Part shown: positions 47,766-57,828 of the stretch, piece by piece
Position numbering within the stretch: position 1 is the stretch's first letter
How the letters are laid out: every line of letters begins with the position of its first letter
From: a bacterium
GTDB taxonomy: Bacteria; UBP7; UBA6624; JBBIMK01
Reading direction: 5' to 3'
NCBI GenBank assembly: GCA_037444445.1
Contig: JBBIMK010000009.1
Coordinates: 6 to 64,005, forward strand
Length of the DNA: 64,000 nucleotides
The notes under the pieces: model-generated
What the model was told of the DNA's origin: nothing
The model's database searches: none
What the model saw: only the letters and a program-made list of their open reading frames with translations
Program-made: the position numbers and the translations under genes

Positions 47766-49568
47766 TTACGAAATCAGGGGAGCCAGTTTCCGCGGCGCCT
47801 CCGCCAGACCGGGAACCCTCCGCTCGGGAACCCGTTCAGGTATTAACTCCAGAGCCCGTTCCTCGGGTGGAACCACCCGGAGCACTTCCTCCAGCGTCGT
47901 AATTCCCTCCAGGGCTTTGCGAACACCGTTTTCGTACAGGGTCCGCATTCCCTCCCGCATCGCCTGGCTCTTGATTTCCATGTGAGAAGCGCCCGACAGA
48001 GCCATTTCCCGGATCCGGGGGCTCATCACCATAATTTCAAACAGGGCGGTTCGGCCCTTGTAGCCAATCCCGTTGCAGAACTTGCACCCCACCTTGTTAT
48101 AAAGAATCACTTCCTCCGTTTCCTTCCGCCCCAGAACCTTCATCACCCCCGCTATCTTCTCCATCTCGTACGAAGAGGGATGGTAGGATTTCTTGCAATA
48201 AGGGCAGAGGACGCGAATCAAACGCTGGGCAACCGCCGCTATCAGTGTGGCATTCACCAGGTAGGGCTCCACGCCGATGTTCACCAGACGAATGATGGAT
48301 GAAGGTGCATCATTGGTGTGAAGGGTAGAAAAAACGAGGTGACCGGTCAGGGAAGATTGAATCGCCATCTCCGCCGTTTCGTAGTCCCGAATTTCCCCGA
48401 TCATCATGATGTCCGGGTCGGAGCGGAGAAAGTGCCGGAGCGCCGAGGCGAAAGTCACTCCCACCTTCGTGTTCACCTGCACCTGATTCACCCGGTCAAT
48501 TTCATACTCCACCGGCTCTTCAATGGTCATCACATTCACTTCATCGGTGGCAATTTTCATCAAAGAAGCATACAGCGTCGTGGTTTTCCCGCTCCCCGTA
48601 GGACCCGTGAGAAGGATAATCCCGTGAGGGCGGGAAATCAATGAGTTCCACACCTTCATCTCGTCCTCCGAGAACCCCAGGTCCACCAGGCTCATCAACC
48701 CCACCGCCCGGTCCAGTATTCGCATGACAATTTTCTCCCCGTACACCGTAGGAACGGAAACCACACGCATATCAATCTCCCGGTCGGGCATCTGGAAAAA
48801 AATCCTCCCATCCTGAGGCTTTCGTCGCTCCGCCGTGTCCATCCCTGCAAGAATCTTGACCCGGGCCAGCGTAGCCGCTATGGCTTGCTTCGGGATTTCC
48901 ATCTGTGGTATCAAAATGCCGTCCACCCGGTACCGAACCTTCATTTTTTCTCTCCGGGGTTCCAGGTGGATGTCCGAAGCCCGGGAATTTACCGCTCCCG
49001 TAATCAGCGTGTCCACCAGCTTGACAATCGGGGCATCTTCTACCTCAAACTCTTTGGAAATCTGCTTGAGTTCCAGAAGGTCCAGCCCCTTTTCCCGCCG
49101 CTCCGCCACAAACTCTTTGATGGCTTTCTGCGCAGCGTGCTTCACCCCGTAGTGCTGTTCAAAGGCGTGCTTTAAAGCATCCAGGGTGGTGATAGCCGGG
49201 CGAACCTCATATCCAGTCGCCAGCCGTATGTCATCAATCGCAAGAAGATTCAGAGGGTCCACCATCGCCAGCACAAGCGTATTCCCCTCCAGTCGCACCG
49301 GAAAAACCTGATGCCGAAGAATCAGGTCGGGAGTAATCACCCCTTTCGTAATCAGCGCCTGGTCCACGGGCGTCTCAAACAGGTCAATCACCTCCACACC
49401 CAGTTGATGGGAGAGGGTCCGGGTGATATCCTCCGGGGAAGCCATCGCCAGTTCCACAATCACCTCTCCCAGGCGCTTCCCCGTTTCCTGCTGGACTTTC
49501 AGGGCACGCTCCAGGTCCTCGGCAGTAAGTAACCCTGCCTCCACCAGCAAATCACCTAATCTCTTCAT
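47766..49568 (-). CDS. pilB: Type IV pilus assembly (extension) ATPase PilB/GspE with N-terminal MshEN-like domain
   Basis: N-terminal GLLTAEDLERALKVQQETGKRLGEVIVEL, Walker A GIILLTGPTGSGKTTTLYA, and a tetracysteine motif CPYC...CKFC. Confidence 0.9.
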   Translation of the reverse strand: MKRLGDLLVEAGLLTAEDLERALKVQQETGKRLGEVIVELAMASPEDITRTLSHQLGVEVIDLFETPVDQALITKGVITPDLILRHQVFPVRLEGNTLVLAMVDPLNLLAIDDIRLATGYEVRPAITTLDALKHAFEQHYGVKHAAQKAIKEFVAERREKGLDLLELKQISKEFEVEDAPIVKLVDTLITGAVNSRASDIHLEPRREKMKVRYRVDGILIPQMEIPKQAIAATLARVKILAGMDTAERRKPQDGRIFFQMPDREIDMRVVSVPTVYGEKIVMRILDRAVGLMSLVDLGFSEDEMKVWNSLISRPHGIILLTGPTGSGKTTTLYASLMKIATDEVNVMTIEEPVEYEIDRVNQVQVNTKVGVTFASALRHFLRSDPDIMMIGEIRDYETAEMAIQSSLTGHLVFSTLHTNDAPSSIIRLVNIGVEPYLVNATLIAAVAQRLIRVLCPYCKKSYHPSSYEMEKIAGVMKVLGRKETEEVILYNKVGCKFCNGIGYKGRTALFEIMVMSPRIREMALSGASHMEIKSQAMREGMRTLYENGVRKALEGITTLEEVLRVVPPEERALELIPERVPERRVPGLAEAPRKLAPLIS

Positions 49569-49604
49569 CCCTTCTTCACCTGCCTCATCCTTATCCTCTT
49601 TCCC

Positions 49605-51857
49605 TCATCGTTTTTCCCGTCTCATTTTCATTGTAGCATCTTTTTTATTTCTGTCAACTCTTACATCCAGGTGCCTTATACCAGCCTGCAGTGCCACCAG
49701 GGATTCGGGGGATGGAGGCTCTCCCCCATAAAAATACTTCTCCACACAGGTTAACAGCCCGTGAATTTCCCGCTCCGACGATGGTGAAACCCGGAGGACA
49801 GAAACCAGATACTCCCGATAGGTTGCCGAAGGCGAGCGCGGGAACCCGGCTTTCTTTTCCACCCTCCCCACCAGCGATAACAGCCTCTCCCGGAAAGAGG
49901 GCGAACGCGGAAAACGCCCACCCATAGATAAAATGACAGAATGGATATGGTGATAAGCATAAGGGAAAAAAAGAGGCAGCAGGAACGCAAGGATTAGAGG
50001 AACTTTTACCCGGTTGAACCAATTCCCAATAGGCCTCGCAAGCGTAGATACATAATACGACAGCGTGGCGGCGAGGAAAGCCAGACGGTCCTGAAAATAA
50101 TTTCCCGGGCTGAGAGGGTTCACATCCCGGCTGAGACCCCCCACACCACCCGGGTTTGTCACGGAAACATTCTGCAAAACCTCAGGCGTGGGGTCCATCG
50201 TTATCCAGGCATAATTTGGGATATACGCTTCCACCCACGCATGGGCATCCTTATCCTTCAGCGTAAAACTCCCCTGCAAGAAATCATACTCCCCGCCCAT
50301 ATACCCACCCACCACTCGCGCAGGGATTCCCACCGCTCTTAACAGCACAGCCATCGCACTCGCATAAAACTCACAGTACCCACTCCGCCCCTCAAACAAG
50401 AAATAATCCACCGCATCCCGGTCCCTCGGAATCCTCCCCAATTCCAGCTTGTACTGGTAACGCGGCGAATTCAGGAATCTCCGTATCGCCTCCATCTTCT
50501 CATAAGCGGAAGCAAAGCCGTCCGTAATCTCGTGCGCCAGCGCATAAACCCGCTCAGGAACCTCAGGCAATTCCAGATACCGCCTCAGGACCATGGCCTC
50601 CCTGGAGGGTAGTGAATCCACCCGATAAATTTTCAGGGTCGTCTCATCCGTCTTCACCACATACGACTCTACGGAGTAAGAATACCCCGGGTTTAACACA
50701 AAAGAGGTTCGCAACGACCCCTCCCGGTCCGACGACACGAAACTACCCTCCTGGCGGTGAAATGAAAACGGTAACCTCACCGAAACGGGCTCCCACAGGG
50801 CAAACAGCACATTCGGGTGAGGTTTCAACACCCGAAAAGTAGTTCTCACCCTTTCATATTCGTAATCCCGCTCCTCATCAGGCTCTATCAGAGGAATATA
50901 CCCCTTTTCCGAGTCAACCGAATGAGGTGTCAGGGGCGAATGCGAGGGGATTTCCCATCCCCTGCCCGTATAAGTCGTGAACACCAGCCCGCGGAAATAC
51001 CCCGCAAAAGGAGCAGAAACCTCCATCGCAGGCTCCTCCGACAGGTGGATACTTTCCCCCGATGCCAGTTGCAAGTAAGGCGAGAAGCCCGAATACCGCA
51101 CATAAGCGGGAGGCAGGTCATCCGAAAAATTTAACGGCACAAGACTTCCAATGGTTCCGCCGGCAGAGGTGGGTCCAGCCAGCAACACCAGAGACTCACC
51201 CCGGGGAATCTTCGCTACCATCAAGAACACAATAGATGAAAGCAGAAAAGCCCATAGAAAAATGTTCAACCCCAGGCGGAAGAAGACGGGCACAGTCCAT
51301 TTCTCTCGCTTCTCCAGATTTTTCTGAAAACCTCCCCGTTGGATAAACATAGTGGATTCCCCAAAGATGACCAGTAGCAGGCTTGCCAGCCCCAGAATCG
51401 CAAAAAGTATCCCCGTAAAATTATAAAGGGATAGACCCCCGGTGAACAGCGACACCGCTACAGGAAACGACAGGAAAAATAGCACATCCTGAAGGGTAAA
51501 TAACCGGAGGAGAAAAACTATCAACAGCCAGGGAACCAGCCGGCCGATATAGAGATAAAAGTTACCAAAATCCTTCACCCCCTGATAAGTATAGTAAGTG
51601 AACAAAAGGAAGGAACAAATTTCTCCCAGTATCCGAACCCACTTGTGCAGTGAGCGAGGAATGAACAGGCTGAGAAAAAAACTGCCGTTCATCAGGGCAT
51701 AGAGAAGGATTGCCTCATAGGGCTTGTAGGAAAGCGCCAGAAACACCAGCGCAAAACACAAAGAGGAAATCACCCATACCAGCACATACTGGAGGGTGGA
51801 AATGGGCATCTGCCACAGCCCTTTCCCCCTTTGTTTATCCAGAATAGAGTAAGTCAT
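49605..51857 (-). CDS. Transglutaminase-like membrane protein (DUF3488 N-terminal TM domain + transglutaminase core; TgpA-like)
   Basis: Multi-TM N-terminal half. Transglutaminase Cys-His-Asp core with GYCEFYASAMAVLLRAVGIPARVVGGY. Start set at the ATG at 51857, just after the DUF58 gene stop. Confidence 0.75.
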   Translation of the reverse strand: MTYSILDKQRGKGLWQMPISTLQYVLVWVISSLCFALVFLALSYKPYEAILLYALMNGSFFLSLFIPRSLHKWVRILGEICSFLLFTYYTYQGVKDFGNFYLYIGRLVPWLLIVFLLRLFTLQDVLFFLSFPVAVSLFTGGLSLYNFTGILFAILGLASLLLVIFGESTMFIQRGGFQKNLEKREKWTVPVFFRLGLNIFLWAFLLSSIVFLMVAKIPRGESLVLLAGPTSAGGTIGSLVPLNFSDDLPPAYVRYSGFSPYLQLASGESIHLSEEPAMEVSAPFAGYFRGLVFTTYTGRGWEIPSHSPLTPHSVDSEKGYIPLIEPDEERDYEYERVRTTFRVLKPHPNVLFALWEPVSVRLPFSFHRQEGSFVSSDREGSLRTSFVLNPGYSYSVESYVVKTDETTLKIYRVDSLPSREAMVLRRYLELPEVPERVYALAHEITDGFASAYEKMEAIRRFLNSPRYQYKLELGRIPRDRDAVDYFLFEGRSGYCEFYASAMAVLLRAVGIPARVVGGYMGGEYDFLQGSFTLKDKDAHAWVEAYIPNYAWITMDPTPEVLQNVSVTNPGGVGGLSRDVNPLSPGNYFQDRLAFLAATLSYYVSTLARPIGNWFNRVKVPLILAFLLPLFFPYAYHHIHSVILSMGGRFPRSPSFRERLLSLVGRVEKKAGFPRSPSATYREYLVSVLRVSPSSEREIHGLLTCVEKYFYGGEPPSPESLVALQAGIRHLDVRVDRNKKDATMKMRREKR

Positions 51858-53103
51858 CCTCCTGTGATAAAGTATACACCCTGGCTCCCCCGGATGCAAC
51901 CTGCTGGAGAAACTTCTGCACAGGGTCCCGAGGGAGAGAGAGAGGAGAAATCTTGCCTGAATCCGCCCCCCCACCGGAACGAAAAGCCTCGGGATTGATG
52001 TAAAAAAAGGATACAGAAGCCACAACACAACTGAGGTGATGGAGAATCGGAATCATTTCCTCCCTGATGCTGGAGGTGAATAAAAGGAGATGAAGGTTGG
52101 GAGAACGAAGATGAGACAGGAGGCGGAGAAGCACGGTAGAGAAGGGGTTAGAGCCTTTTCCCTGAATGCAGGCTAATTTTTGGAAGGCCACAAGAAGGGA
52201 GGCAGGTCCCGAAGCAAGGGTGAAATCCATTCCATCCGGCTCATCAAAATAAACACTCCCCAGTGCACCCGTAGAGAAATAGTAATGCGCCACGGAAGCG
52301 GCAGAGCGAATAGCCACCTCCAGGGTATTCCGGGGACCATCCCCCAGAATTTGATGGGGGTCCACATCCACCACGATTAAGAAATTCCCCCCCATTTCCC
52401 TGAGGAACTGTTTCAGGACCGGGAAACCCAATCGGGCGGAGGTGAGCCAGTGAATATTCTTAAATGGGTCCCCCGGGACATACGGACGCAGTCCGATGAA
52501 TTCATCCCCCGCTCCTTCCAGGGATACGCTGGGTCGCAGAGGAAGCGGTGAGCCCCCGCCCGCTTCCAGGGGAAAAGAGGTGAGAATGAGAAACCGAGGA
52601 TACACGGTGAATGCCCGTTCTATCCGGAATATCTCCTGCACCTGATATAACTTCATCGGGTCCTGCGATTCCAGAACTATAGTGGAAAACGGATAGATTC
52701 CCCGACGCACACTCCGAAGGCTGAAAGGATAACGCACCTCCTCCCCTTTCTGAATCCGGGCAAGATGAATTTCCAGCGGCGACTCTATATAGGGCGCCTG
52801 AAAACTCACTTTTAACAGAATCTTCTGAAGTGGCGTGTGATTCCGCACCACCACTTCACCCTGAAAACTATGCCCCTCTACATTCCCCTCCGGAACCCGC
52901 AGGTCCACACTCACTCCCCGGAGACTCCGAGTCACCCAGATGAAGGCGATGATGTGTAAAGCCACGAAGAAAGATAGCACCGCATCCAGCGTTTCCACAG
53001 CAGCACTCGTAACAGACAGCACAAAGATAAAAAGGGCAATGAGCAAAAGAGAAATCCCCCGGGGTGCTATGAAATACCGGGTCCTATGCGATGGGAACTT
53101 CAT
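51835..53103 (-). CDS. DUF58 domain protein (vWA-like; MoxR partner)
   Basis: DUF58 signature GLRPYVPGDPFKNIHWLTSARLG, N-terminal TM helices. Positioned between the MoxR and transglutaminase genes. Confidence 0.8.
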   Translation of the reverse strand: MKFPSHRTRYFIAPRGISLLLIALFIFVLSVTSAAVETLDAVLSFFVALHIIAFIWVTRSLRGVSVDLRVPEGNVEGHSFQGEVVVRNHTPLQKILLKVSFQAPYIESPLEIHLARIQKGEEVRYPFSLRSVRRGIYPFSTIVLESQDPMKLYQVQEIFRIERAFTVYPRFLILTSFPLEAGGGSPLPLRPSVSLEGAGDEFIGLRPYVPGDPFKNIHWLTSARLGFPVLKQFLREMGGNFLIVVDVDPHQILGDGPRNTLEVAIRSAASVAHYYFSTGALGSVYFDEPDGMDFTLASGPASLLVAFQKLACIQGKGSNPFSTVLLRLLSHLRSPNLHLLLFTSSIREEMIPILHHLSCVVASVSFFYINPEAFRSGGGADSGKISPLSLPRDPVQKFLQQVASGGARVYTLSQEDDLLYSG

Positions 53104-54022
53104 GAAGAAGAGCCGTGAGAACCTCTTTCTCCGTAAGACCGGAGACCTTCAGATGAGGCTTCAGATACACCCTGTGGGAGAGCAGTGGGACAAAAAGTTC
53201 TTTCACATCGTCCGGAATCACATACTCCCTGCCCCGAAGAAAAGCCAGAGCCTGAGAAGTGCGTAATAGCCCCAGGGCACCCCGAGGACTGGCCCCCAGC
53301 AGAAAATCCCCGTGCCTGCGAGTGGCATCCCCTAACGCCACGATGTATTCCAGAATGGAACCCGACACCTTAATATGCCGTATCGCCCTCTGTAGTTCCA
53401 GAATCTCTTCCTTCCCTACCACTGGAGTTATCGTGGTGATAGGGTGCTGAAGCATCTGGTCTAACAACATTTGCACCTCTTTCTCCGGGGGGAGATAGCC
53501 CAGGGAAATCCGCATCATAAACCGGTCCAGTTGTGCCTCCGGTAGCTTATACACCCCTTGATATTCCACCGGGTTCTGCGTGGCAACAACGAAAAAGGGG
53601 TCATCCAGAGGTGTGGTAATTCCCTCCACCGTCACTTGATGTTCTTCCATCGCTTCCAGGAGAGAGGATTGAGTCCGAGGCGTTGCCCGATTGATTTCAT
53701 CCGCCAGGAGAATATGAGTGAAGATAGGCCCCTTTTTGAAGTCAAAATCACTGGTTTTCTGATTATAAATGTAAGCGCCCGTGATGTCCGAAGGCAAGAG
53801 GTCTGGCGTCAATTGAATCCGCCGAAAGGTGAGTTGGGTGGAAAGGGCAAGGGCTTTGGCCAGTGTGGTTTTCCCGGTCCCGGGCACATCTTCAATCAGA
53901 AGATGTCCACCCGCAAGGAAGCAAACGAGGCACTGCTCCACGACAGAGTCTTTCCCGATAATCACCCGCTGAACAGAATTTTTCAGCTGGGAAGCGAGAG
54001 CGAATCCCTGGTCCCAGTTCAA
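53084..54022 (-). CDS. moxR: MoxR-family AAA+ ATPase
   Basis: Walker A GHLLIEDVPGTGKTTLAKALA, Walker B LLADEINRA, 312 aa. Confidence 0.9.
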   Translation of the reverse strand: MNWDQGFALASQLKNSVQRVIIGKDSVVEQCLVCFLAGGHLLIEDVPGTGKTTLAKALALSTQLTFRRIQLTPDLLPSDITGAYIYNQKTSDFDFKKGPIFTHILLADEINRATPRTQSSLLEAMEEHQVTVEGITTPLDDPFFVVATQNPVEYQGVYKLPEAQLDRFMMRISLGYLPPEKEVQMLLDQMLQHPITTITPVVGKEEILELQRAIRHIKVSGSILEYIVALGDATRRHGDFLLGASPRGALGLLRTSQALAFLRGREYVIPDDVKELFVPLLSHRVYLKPHLKVSGLTEKEVLTALLHEVPIA

Positions 54023-54037
54023 TCTCCTACCTCCTCA

Positions 54038-55393
54038 TCAATAGGCGCCCCGGGCTGACAGCACAGCCACCGGTGTCAAAAAAAGAATTTTCATATCCAG
54101 CCAGGGCGTCCAGTTCTGGATATAATACAGGTCCAGCCTTACCCGCTGTTCATACGACAGGTCCGACCGTCCGCTCACCTGCCATAACCCGGTGAGTCCG
54201 GGTTTCACGGAAAGGAATAAACCTTCTGATGGAGCATAGCGGGGAAGTTCCTCGGGCACTACGGGCCGGGGTCCCACCAGACTCATCTCCCCCCGAAGAA
54301 CATTCACTAACTGGGGTAACTCATCTAACGAATACTTCCGAAGAAATCTTCCGAGAATCGTCACCCTCGGGTCCTGCTTTAACTTGAATTGCTGTTGAAA
54401 TTTCTCCGCCAGAGCGGGCTCCTGCTTCAGCATCTCCTCCGCCTCAGGAACCATCGTCCGAAACTTCCATAAAAAAATCGGCTTTCCCCCTTTCCCTATC
54501 CGCATCTGAAAATGGAATGGGCTCACTCGCACCTCCAGAAAAAGAAGTAAGGAAAGAAGAAGAAACAGCGGAAGGGAAACTATGAACAAAAAACTTCCCA
54601 GGGTGTAGTCCACCACTCCTTTGAAAATTTTTCCGGCAAAGGATGCATATAGACAGCGATGACTCATCAGAGGAATGCCCTCCAGTTCCTCAAAAGATAA
54701 GGTGGAAAACAAAAACCCTGTCACGGGGGGAGTGGCTTTCATCGGAAGACCGTGCTGGAAAGCAAAACGCACCACCTGCGCAAATCTCTCCTCATCTCGC
54801 ACGGGAACCACCAGCAATAGATGAGGTGAATCCTGCATCACCCTGGCTTCTAATCGCTCCATCAAAGTGTCCAGCGGCGCCCAGGAAACGGCAATCACTT
54901 CCGCCCTCGGGTACATCCGCAAAAGTTTACGCTGAACCTCCTCGCCCCCCTCATCCTCTGAAAGAAACAGAACCTTCCACTGAGCCCGCCGATAATGGGG
55001 TAATAGCCATCCATCTTTCAGAACAAGGAAGAGAAAAGAAAGCCCCCAGGAAACAACCAGCACTACGCGGGAAGGGTCAAGGGTGTTCAGAAAAAATGCC
55101 AGTAGTGTGAGGGAAAAAAGCGCAAAAGTGGAGGCATGAAAATAATGCACCGCATTTTTTTTTAGATTAAAAAAGAAATTGTCTAATTCGTAAAACCCGC
55201 TAAAAAGCAGGTAAATAAGCAGGAAAAAGGCAAACCCGAAGGCATGAAATAGATACCAGGGCAGGGGAGCGTAGGAGGGTGAGAAAAAACCAGCCAACAG
55301 CGAAAAACGAAGCCAGTAGGAGAAAAGAAAAGCCAGGAAGGAAACCAAAACATCCAGAACTATCCGATAACTCAAGTTATACCGGGTTGCCAT
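54038..55393 (-). CDS. Undecaprenyl-phosphate sugar phosphotransferase (WbaP/exopolysaccharide priming glycosyltransferase family)
   Basis: N-terminal TM segments. C-terminal bacterial sugar transferase domain with KFRTM and [22 protein letters not shown]. Start uncertain: the table ORF begins at 55453 and overlaps the GT4 gene. Confidence 0.85.
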   Translation of the reverse strand: MATRYNLSYRIVLDVLVSFLAFLFSYWLRFSLLAGFFSPSYAPLPWYLFHAFGFAFFLLIYLLFSGFYELDNFFFNLKKNAVHYFHASTFALFSLTLLAFFLNTLDPSRVVLVVSWGLSFLFLVLKDGWLLPHYRRAQWKVLFLSEDEGGEEVQRKLLRMYPRAEVIAVSWAPLDTLMERLEARVMQDSPHLLLVVPVRDEERFAQVVRFAFQHGLPMKATPPVTGFLFSTLSFEELEGIPLMSHRCLYASFAGKIFKGVVDYTLGSFLFIVSLPLFLLLSLLLFLEVRVSPFHFQMRIGKGGKPIFLWKFRTMVPEAEEMLKQEPALAEKFQQQFKLKQDPRVTILGRFLRKYSLDELPQLVNVLRGEMSLVGPRPVVPEELPRYAPSEGLFLSVKPGLTGLWQVSGRSDLSYEQRVRLDLYYIQNWTPWLDMKILFLTPVAVLSARGAY

Positions 55394-56468
55394 GAGCGGA
55401 TAGAAAACTGAAGAACCTTTCCCGAAAGACCTGCGGAGAAAACCTTCGCGCATAGTTCTGTAGCACCTCCCGGGAGTAGGAGGAGGAGGAGAAGGAGCGA
55501 ACCGCAGACTCCAGAGATTGGGGAGTGGGGGCCGGGAACAGAACGCCCGTTTGACCGGGAATTACCGTTTCCACCGCCGCACCATCGGATAAAGCAATGA
55601 CTGGTGTCCCCGCGGCCATGGCTTCCACAGCACACAGCCCGAAATCCTCTACTCCGGGAAAAATCAGGGCTTGCGCCCGGGCGTATAAGCCACGCAGAAC
55701 ATCTCGCTCCACCCAGCCCAGAAATTCTATATTCTTTCCCGCCTTCTGACGAAGAGTTGAACCCAGGGGGCCCTGCCCTACAATCTTCAAGGGCAATCCC
55801 AGAGAATGGAAGGCTTCTATTGCCATTTCTACCCCTTTATACGGGACGAGTCGGGAGACCAGCAGAAAGTATTCCTCACGAGGCAAACAGCCCGCACTGG
55901 CAAAAAACTCTACATCCACAGGAGGGTAAATCACCTCAGCAGGGCGGCGGTAGTACCGCTCAATCCGCTTCGCCACGAATTGCGAAATCGCCACAAACTC
56001 ATCCACCCGATGGGAGGCCACCACATCCCACTGCCGTAGCGATGGGAAAAAAGAGGCAGCCAGCGGCCGCTTCCACACGGAGAGTGACGAAAGATACACA
56101 TCCCGCTGGTCCCAGATATACCGCATGGGCGTGTAGCAGTAGCAGACATGAAACGACCGGGCAGGGGGAAGAACGCCCTTCGCCACACAGTGATTCCCGG
56201 TAATGACCAGGTCCACATCTTCTATCCGCAAACTCTCCACCGCCAGGGGGAATAGAGGAAGAAGATTCCGGTAATACCGATGGATGCCAGGGAAATTCTG
56301 TAAAAATGAGGGGTGAACCCGATGAACCCCCAGGAATCGTTTCCATCGCCGGGGATGATAAAACAACACATACACCGATGCATTCGGGAAAAAAGTGAGA
56401 AAGTGTGACAGAACTTCTTCCGCACCACCGGGCTCCTCCAACCACTCATGAACCAGCGCGACCTTCAC
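55377..56468 (-). CDS. Family 4 glycosyltransferase (GT-B, retaining)
   Basis: N-terminus MKVALVHEWL. The C-terminal GT4 donor-binding region reads LLVSRLVPYKGVE...GVEDFGLCAVEAMAAGTPVIA. Confidence 0.8.
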   Translation of the reverse strand: MKVALVHEWLEEPGGAEEVLSHFLTFFPNASVYVLFYHPRRWKRFLGVHRVHPSFLQNFPGIHRYYRNLLPLFPLAVESLRIEDVDLVITGNHCVAKGVLPPARSFHVCYCYTPMRYIWDQRDVYLSSLSVWKRPLAASFFPSLRQWDVVASHRVDEFVAISQFVAKRIERYYRRPAEVIYPPVDVEFFASAGCLPREEYFLLVSRLVPYKGVEMAIEAFHSLGLPLKIVGQGPLGSTLRQKAGKNIEFLGWVERDVLRGLYARAQALIFPGVEDFGLCAVEAMAAGTPVIALSDGAAVETVIPGQTGVLFPAPTPQSLESAVRSFSSSSYSREVLQNYARRFSPQVFRERFFSFLSAHGNPV

Positions 56469-57828
56469 CCGTTGAACTCCCTGACGGTGTCGGCAAGGGG
56501 GAAATCCGAATGACCTCCGGCGGAGGCTGGGGAGACATTTCCGGAAATAGATTCACCAAATCCTGTGATTTCATCATTAATATCAGCGGATACGAACGAG
56601 GTGGAAGATTCTGGATATACCACCCTTCCGCTGTCTTCTGCAGGGTAAACTGCACATCAGAGGCGAGAGCAGGATCCACGAGGGCCACAGGCACGAACCC
56701 CGGCGCCCTCGCCACAAGAATCCCTGTATCCTTTGCACCCGTACTCCAGAACACAATCGCTCCCACTCCCCCATTCAGGAAAAAGTAACTCCCGCTCCCT
56801 TCCATCGCCATCCCGGGATAAAGGATTTGATATGAAAACGGCGGATACACAGGCTTCATCCCGGCGAGGAAAGAGTTCATTGAAAGAAACATCACATACA
56901 CAGGCCGCGGTAACCCCTCCGGAGGTAACAACCCATCCATAGAGTTCTCATCCCTGTTATGCAGCGGGTCAACGAACCACCTATCCACTCCCATTGCCGT
57001 CAAAGATACAGCAAGTCTTGCCATAGCGCTCGCTCGTTCCTCCCCGCTTCTCATATAACCCACAACCCCCAGACGCCCCACCACCACATCCTTCTTACTC
57101 CCCACCAGCCGGCGGATATAATCCACCACCCTATAAGTGCGCAAGTATGTAGAGTAATCCCAATAAGTAGAGGAAGAGAAAGGAATCACCAAAGAAATCC
57201 CGTCGGCGAAAGACAAAACCCCTCTCGCTTGAAGAGTCTCCAGGAACACCTCATCCTCACCAGATACCCCTCCCACATACACCTTCGCCAGAGGGTCAAA
57301 GGCGCGGATGGCTTGATATGCCAGCAAAAATGTCCTCCCATAAGACACAGCCAGAGGTTGAGAAAACGAAATCCCACCGATGGGACCCCCTCCCTCATCC
57401 ACATTCTCAAACACCTCATACCCATAAATCAGCCACCGATACCGCTCCGCCACTCTCCCGGCAAACCGTGCGAACGCTTCCGCCCTCTCATCCCCTCCAT
57501 ATAGCAGGTTAGAGCCCGTTAACAGAGCCAGCACATCCAGCCCCAGGCTCCGTGCATGCTGAACCACAGGGTCATAAACTGAGAAGTCATACTTCCCCTT
57601 TATCCTTTCAATCTCATTCCACAGGATGCTCAACCGGATGGCAGAAAAGTTCCCCCTCCGTATCTCTGCCACATCCTTCTGCCAGTCTGCATCCACCGTC
57701 ACATTTACCCCGGCAGGTTCATACACCTCACCCCTCACTTCCTTCCCCTGCACCAGAAAAACCACCGCAGGGGCAATCCACTTTGCTAGATACAAAAAGG
57801 CACTTTCCTTATACTTCATACCAATCAC
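56446..57828 (-). CDS. Hypothetical secreted protein, possibly TIM-barrel glycoside-hydrolase-like (EPS-modifying?)
   Basis: Signal-like N-terminus. Alternating beta/alpha pattern and acidic residues after predicted beta-strands (NEIERIKGKYDF, GYEVFENVD). The family assignment is weak. Confidence 0.4.
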   Translation of the reverse strand: MIGMKYKESAFLYLAKWIAPAVVFLVQGKEVRGEVYEPAGVNVTVDADWQKDVAEIRRGNFSAIRLSILWNEIERIKGKYDFSVYDPVVQHARSLGLDVLALLTGSNLLYGGDERAEAFARFAGRVAERYRWLIYGYEVFENVDEGGGPIGGISFSQPLAVSYGRTFLLAYQAIRAFDPLAKVYVGGVSGEDEVFLETLQARGVLSFADGISLVIPFSSSTYWDYSTYLRTYRVVDYIRRLVGSKKDVVVGRLGVVGYMRSGEERASAMARLAVSLTAMGVDRWFVDPLHNRDENSMDGLLPPEGLPRPVYVMFLSMNSFLAGMKPVYPPFSYQILYPGMAMEGSGSYFFLNGGVGAIVFWSTGAKDTGILVARAPGFVPVALVDPALASDVQFTLQKTAEGWYIQNLPPRSYPLILMMKSQDLVNLFPEMSPQPPPEVIRISPLPTPSGSSTGEGRAGS

